Position numbers and translations under genes: made by a program. Positions 60,686 to 64,000 of a stretch of 64,000 nucleotides of DNA are shown here, piece by piece. Source of the DNA: an uncultured delta proteobacterium (GTDB taxonomy: Bacteria > Myxococcota_A > Polyangia > Polyangiales > Polyangiaceae); the NCBI GenBank assembly GCA_963850305.1, contig CAWKKR010000007.1, positions 448,001 to 512,000 on the forward strand, written 5' to 3'. Under the pieces are notes generated by a model, which did no database searches, had not been told where the DNA came from, and was given only the letters and a program-made list of their open reading frames with translations. Positions within the stretch are counted from its first letter, which is position 1; each line of letters starts with the position of its first letter.

Positions 60686-63298
60686 ATGAGCAGGCCAGCA
60701 CCATCTTCCGCGACGGAGGCGGGGTTCGATCTCGACGCGGCCCTCTCCCGTGTCGCGCATTTTCTGCCCACGCAAGGTCCCATCAAGGACTTCATTCATC
60801 ACAATACGCTGCACGCATTCCAGGGGATGAAGTTTCACGAGGCGATCGGCGCCGCCGCTCGGCTATACGGCGCCCGCTCGAGCATGCCCGCCGCCTTCTT
60901 CTTGCGAGCATACCGGGCAGGTCACATCTCGGACTCGGCGCTGGGTCGAGCTCTGGAGCGGGCCTTCGCGGACGACGCTCGGCGCGCCGCCGCGCGTGAT
61001 GCTCTCCTCTCGGACCGCGTCGAGGAGCAAGCGCGAAACGGCCGGGCACGCCACGGCCTGCGGGACGCGTGGACGGAACGGCTGGGTGGAGTCGCGCTTC
61101 ACCGGCGCTCGCACCTGCACCTGTTCCGTCTCTTCGGCGGCTATCTCGATCAGGGGCTCTCGACATGGCGCATGCCCGGCGCGGACCGCCTGGGCCTCTA
61201 CGACTGCGTGGCCCGCCTGGCGCGTCGGAGCCCTCTGCCGCTCCTGCCGTTCGGCACACCGGGCGCACGCAAGCTGCTCGATTTGCCCGCGCGCGATGCA
61301 CTGACCCAGGCGCTGGCGAAGACCGTGGGTCGCGAAGACTGGTACGAGCCCTATCTGCTCGAGACGCTGCTGACTCAGCCCGGGTGGTCCGGCCTCGTCG
61401 CGGAGTGCGAGCGGAACCCCGGCCTTCTGCTGACGCCGCGGCGGATGACGCTCCTCGATTGCACCGCCGTGACCCTGGTCGCCGAGCTCGGTTGTCTGGA
61501 GCGAGAGCTCGGGCACGACTTCGCGCCCTTGAGCAAGTCGTCTGCGCCGGGGCAGGGACCCTCTCCCGCCCCCGACGCGCCGCCCGATCGTACCGAGGAC
61601 GAGCGGCTCCTCTCCGTGTGGCAAGAGGCGTTCGAGTGGAGCTACTACGAGCCGTTCCTCGGCGCGCTGCGCGCCAACGCGGGACGCGCGCGGCCTCCGG
61701 TGCCCGCGCCCACGGCCTGGGCCGTGTTCTGCATAGACGACCGATCGTGCTCGCTGCGAAGGCACCTGGAAGAAGTCGCGCCCGCCGTGGCGACCTTCGG
61801 CACGGCTGGGTTCTTCGGTCTCGACTTCTTCTACCGCGGGGTCGATGACGCGGTCGCCGGCAAGCACTGTCCCGCGCCGATCACTCCACGGCACCTGATC
61901 GTGGAGCACTTCGAGGCGCCGAAGCGGGAGAACGGCGACCGGCCTTTGCCGCGGTGGCGCCGGGCGCTCCATCTCGACGCACACGCCAACACGCTCTTCG
62001 GCGGATGGGCCCTCTCGTATGCGCTCGGATTGGGGGCCGCGGCACGGCTCGTCGCCAACGTGTTCCGGCCGTCGCTCGCGCCGGTTACCGTGGCCCCTCT
62101 CAGCACGGTGAACCGCGACGCCCGCTTCAAGCTGCTGCGCGACGGAGAAGCCCGCAGCCCCGACGGCTTGTTGCTCGGCTATTCGTCCGAGGAGCTCGCC
62201 GACCGCGTCGCGACGGTGCTGCACTCGATGGGAGCCGACCATGACTGGCCCGAGCTAGTGGTGGTGTTCGGCCACGGCGCGAGCAGCGTCAACAACCCAT
62301 ACTTCGCCGCCTACAACTGCGGCGCGTGCTCCGGACGGGTCGGCGCACCCAACGCGCGCGCGTTCGCGAAGGCGGCCAATCACCCCGAGGTGCGAGAAGC
62401 CCTGCGAGCGCGCGGGCTGCTCATCCCGGAATCGACCCGGTTCGTCGGCGCGCTCCACGACACGACTCGCGACGAGGCGACCTATTACGATCTGGATCGC
62501 ATGCCCGACCGGTTCCGTGGCGCGCTCGCCGCGTTCCGGCGAACGTACGACGAGGCCCTTGCCCGCAACGCGGCCGAGCGGTGCCGACGCGTCGAGTCCC
62601 TGCCGCTTCCCGTTTCGCCCCAGCGCGCCCTCGAGGAGGTGCGGCTGCGATCGGTCTCCCTGTTCGAGCCCAGGCCCGAGTACAACCACGCGACCAACGC
62701 GTCGTGCGTCGTAGGCCGCCGCGCGCTCACCGCGGGGCTCTTCCTCGACCGGCGCACCTTCATGAGCTCCTACGATCCCTCGCGAGACCCCGAGGGCAAA
62801 ATCCTCACCGGCATCCTCTCGGCGGTGATCCCGGTCTGTGCGGGGATCAACCTCGAGTACTTCTTCTCGCGCCTGGATCCGGGCGTCTATGGCGCGGGGA
62901 CGAAGCTCCCGCACAACGTCAACGGCCTGCTCGGAGTCTGCAATGGCATCGAGGGCGATCTTCTCACGGGTTTGCCGACGCAGATGACGGAGATCCACGA
63001 CCCCGTGAGGCTCCTGGTCGTGGTGGAGCAATCGCCCGAGGTGGCGCTCGCGGCGGCGCGGCGCGACCCGGCCGTGTTCGAGCTCATCGACAACGACTGG
63101 GTGCGCTATGGCAGCTTGGACCCGGCCACGCGCCAGGCGTGGCTCTACGACGGAGGGCAGATGGAGAAGCTCGAAAACCTGGCGTCGCCGACGTGGGCCT
63201 GGCCCACGTCACTCGACGCGGCCCGGCAGAGCCGTGAAAACCTGCCCATCGGCTTCGTCGGCGAGATCGAAGTCGCTCACCAGGAGGCACCGGCGTGA
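60686..63298 (+). CDS. dabA: DUF2309 / DabA beta-carbonic-anhydrase-like subunit of the inorganic carbon pump
   Basis: PIKDFIHHN, FCIDDRS, GHGASSVNNP, CGACSG, HDTTRD, RPEYNH, INLEYFFS, KLPHNV. Confidence 0.92.
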   Translation: MSRPAPSSATEAGFDLDAALSRVAHFLPTQGPIKDFIHHNTLHAFQGMKFHEAIGAAARLYGARSSMPAAFFLRAYRAGHISDSALGRALERAFADDARRAAARDALLSDRVEEQARNGRARHGLRDAWTERLGGVALHRRSHLHLFRLFGGYLDQGLSTWRMPGADRLGLYDCVARLARRSPLPLLPFGTPGARKLLDLPARDALTQALAKTVGREDWYEPYLLETLLTQPGWSGLVAECERNPGLLLTPRRMTLLDCTAVTLVAELGCLERELGHDFAPLSKSSAPGQGPSPAPDAPPDRTEDERLLSVWQEAFEWSYYEPFLGALRANAGRARPPVPAPTAWAVFCIDDRSCSLRRHLEEVAPAVATFGTAGFFGLDFFYRGVDDAVAGKHCPAPITPRHLIVEHFEAPKRENGDRPLPRWRRALHLDAHANTLFGGWALSYALGLGAAARLVANVFRPSLAPVTVAPLSTVNRDARFKLLRDGEARSPDGLLLGYSSEELADRVATVLHSMGADHDWPELVVVFGHGASSVNNPYFAAYNCGACSGRVGAPNARAFAKAANHPEVREALRARGLLIPESTRFVGALHDTTRDEATYYDLDRMPDRFRGALAAFRRTYDEALARNAAERCRRVESLPLPVSPQRALEEVRLRSVSLFEPRPEYNHATNASCVVGRRALTAGLFLDRRTFMSSYDPSRDPEGKILTGILSAVIPVCAGINLEYFFSRLDPGVYGAGTKLPHNVNGLLGVCNGIEGDLLTGLPTQMTEIHDPVRLLVVVEQSPEVALAAARRDPAVFELIDNDWVRYGSLDPATRQAWLYDGGQMEKLENLASPTWAWPTSLDAARQSRENLPIGFVGEIEVAHQEAPA

Positions 63299-64000
63299 TC
63301 GAGGGGCTGCTCCTCGCCGGCCTGGCCGTGCCCCTCGTGTCGGCCCTGGTCGTCGCCACGCGGCTCGTCGCGAGCGAACGGGCAGTAGCACACGTGGCGC
63401 AGAGCGCTTCCGCGCTCTCTGCGGCGTCTTCGGTCGTGGCCGTCGGGCTCTGGTTCGTGCACGGCGCGCGGTGGCTCGCGACTCCGCCGCACGTGCTCTT
63501 CGCGCACGAAGGATACCGTTTCACGTTCGAGCTGTCTCTCGACGGCGCCTCGGTGACGTTCCTCTTGCTGGTGCAGTTCACGACCGGGATGGTGATGCGC
63601 TTCAGCCGTTTCTATCTCCATCGTGAACCAGGCTTCGGGAGGTTCTTCGCGACCGTCCTCATGTTTCAGTCCGCGATGTGCGTGCTCACCCTGGCGGGCA
63701 ACCTCGACCTGATGTTCGCGGGATGGGAGATGGTCGGCCTCTCATCGTTTTTGCTCATCGCCTTTTACCGAGAACGTCACTCGGCGGTCAGGAACGCGCT
63801 CAAGACGTATTCGGTGTATCGCGTGGCGGACATGGGCATGCTGCTCGCGTCCTGTCTCGCGGAGACAGGCAGCCATCGCGTGCTCGGGCTTCTCCTTTTG
63901 CTTGCGGCGATGGGCAAGTCCGCGCAGTTCCCGTTCAGTTTCTGGGTGCCGCGGGCGATGGAGGGGCCCACCCCGTCGAGCGCGCTCTTCTACGGCGCGC
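63295..64000 (+). CDS. dabB: DabB / NuoL-like proton-conducting membrane subunit (3'-truncated)
   Basis: GTGA overlap with dabA; GWEMVGLSSFLLI, KSAQFPF..W.PRAMEGPTPSSA. Confidence 0.9.
   Translation, partial: MIEGLLLAGLAVPLVSALVVATRLVASERAVAHVAQSASALSAASSVVAVGLWFVHGARWLATPPHVLFAHEGYRFTFELSLDGASVTFLLLVQFTTGMVMRFSRFYLHREPGFGRFFATVLMFQSAMCVLTLAGNLDLMFAGWEMVGLSSFLLIAFYRERHSAVRNALKTYSVYRVADMGMLLASCLAETGSHRVLGLLLLLAAMGKSAQFPFSFWVPRAMEGPTPSSALFYGA

Overview
High-GC bacterial chromosome window. The gene content (FHA-DUF4388 protein, many Cys-rich lipoproteins with Gly-rich linkers, SpoIVB-S55/propeller pair) suggests Myxococcota, probably Polyangiales; this is an inference. About 57 CDS, including hisD, speA, gltX, ccmB, nadD, a biotin carboxylase, sthA, miaE, a ComEA-like gene, WYL and Fur-family regulators, and a DAB-type (DUF2309 + NuoL-like) carbon-uptake operon at the right edge. 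I recognised no rRNA, tRNA, CRISPR array or transposase. Eight genes carry single-base frameshifts that are most likely sequencing indels. Main unexplained structures: (1) a 21-bp array with GATC repeated every 10-11 bp, upstream of an uncharacterised basic helical protein; (2) a ~127-nt dispersed palindromic element in three copies, with covarying stems and invariant loops; (3) a tandemly duplicated ferritin-like di-iron enzyme/14-Cys lipoprotein cassette in which one enzyme copy has collapsed to an 11-codon mini-ORF; (4) a Zur-like regulator with an inverted-repeat operator facing the DAB operon; (5) three apparent pseudo-enzymes. All family calls come from motifs read by eye; no database searches were run.
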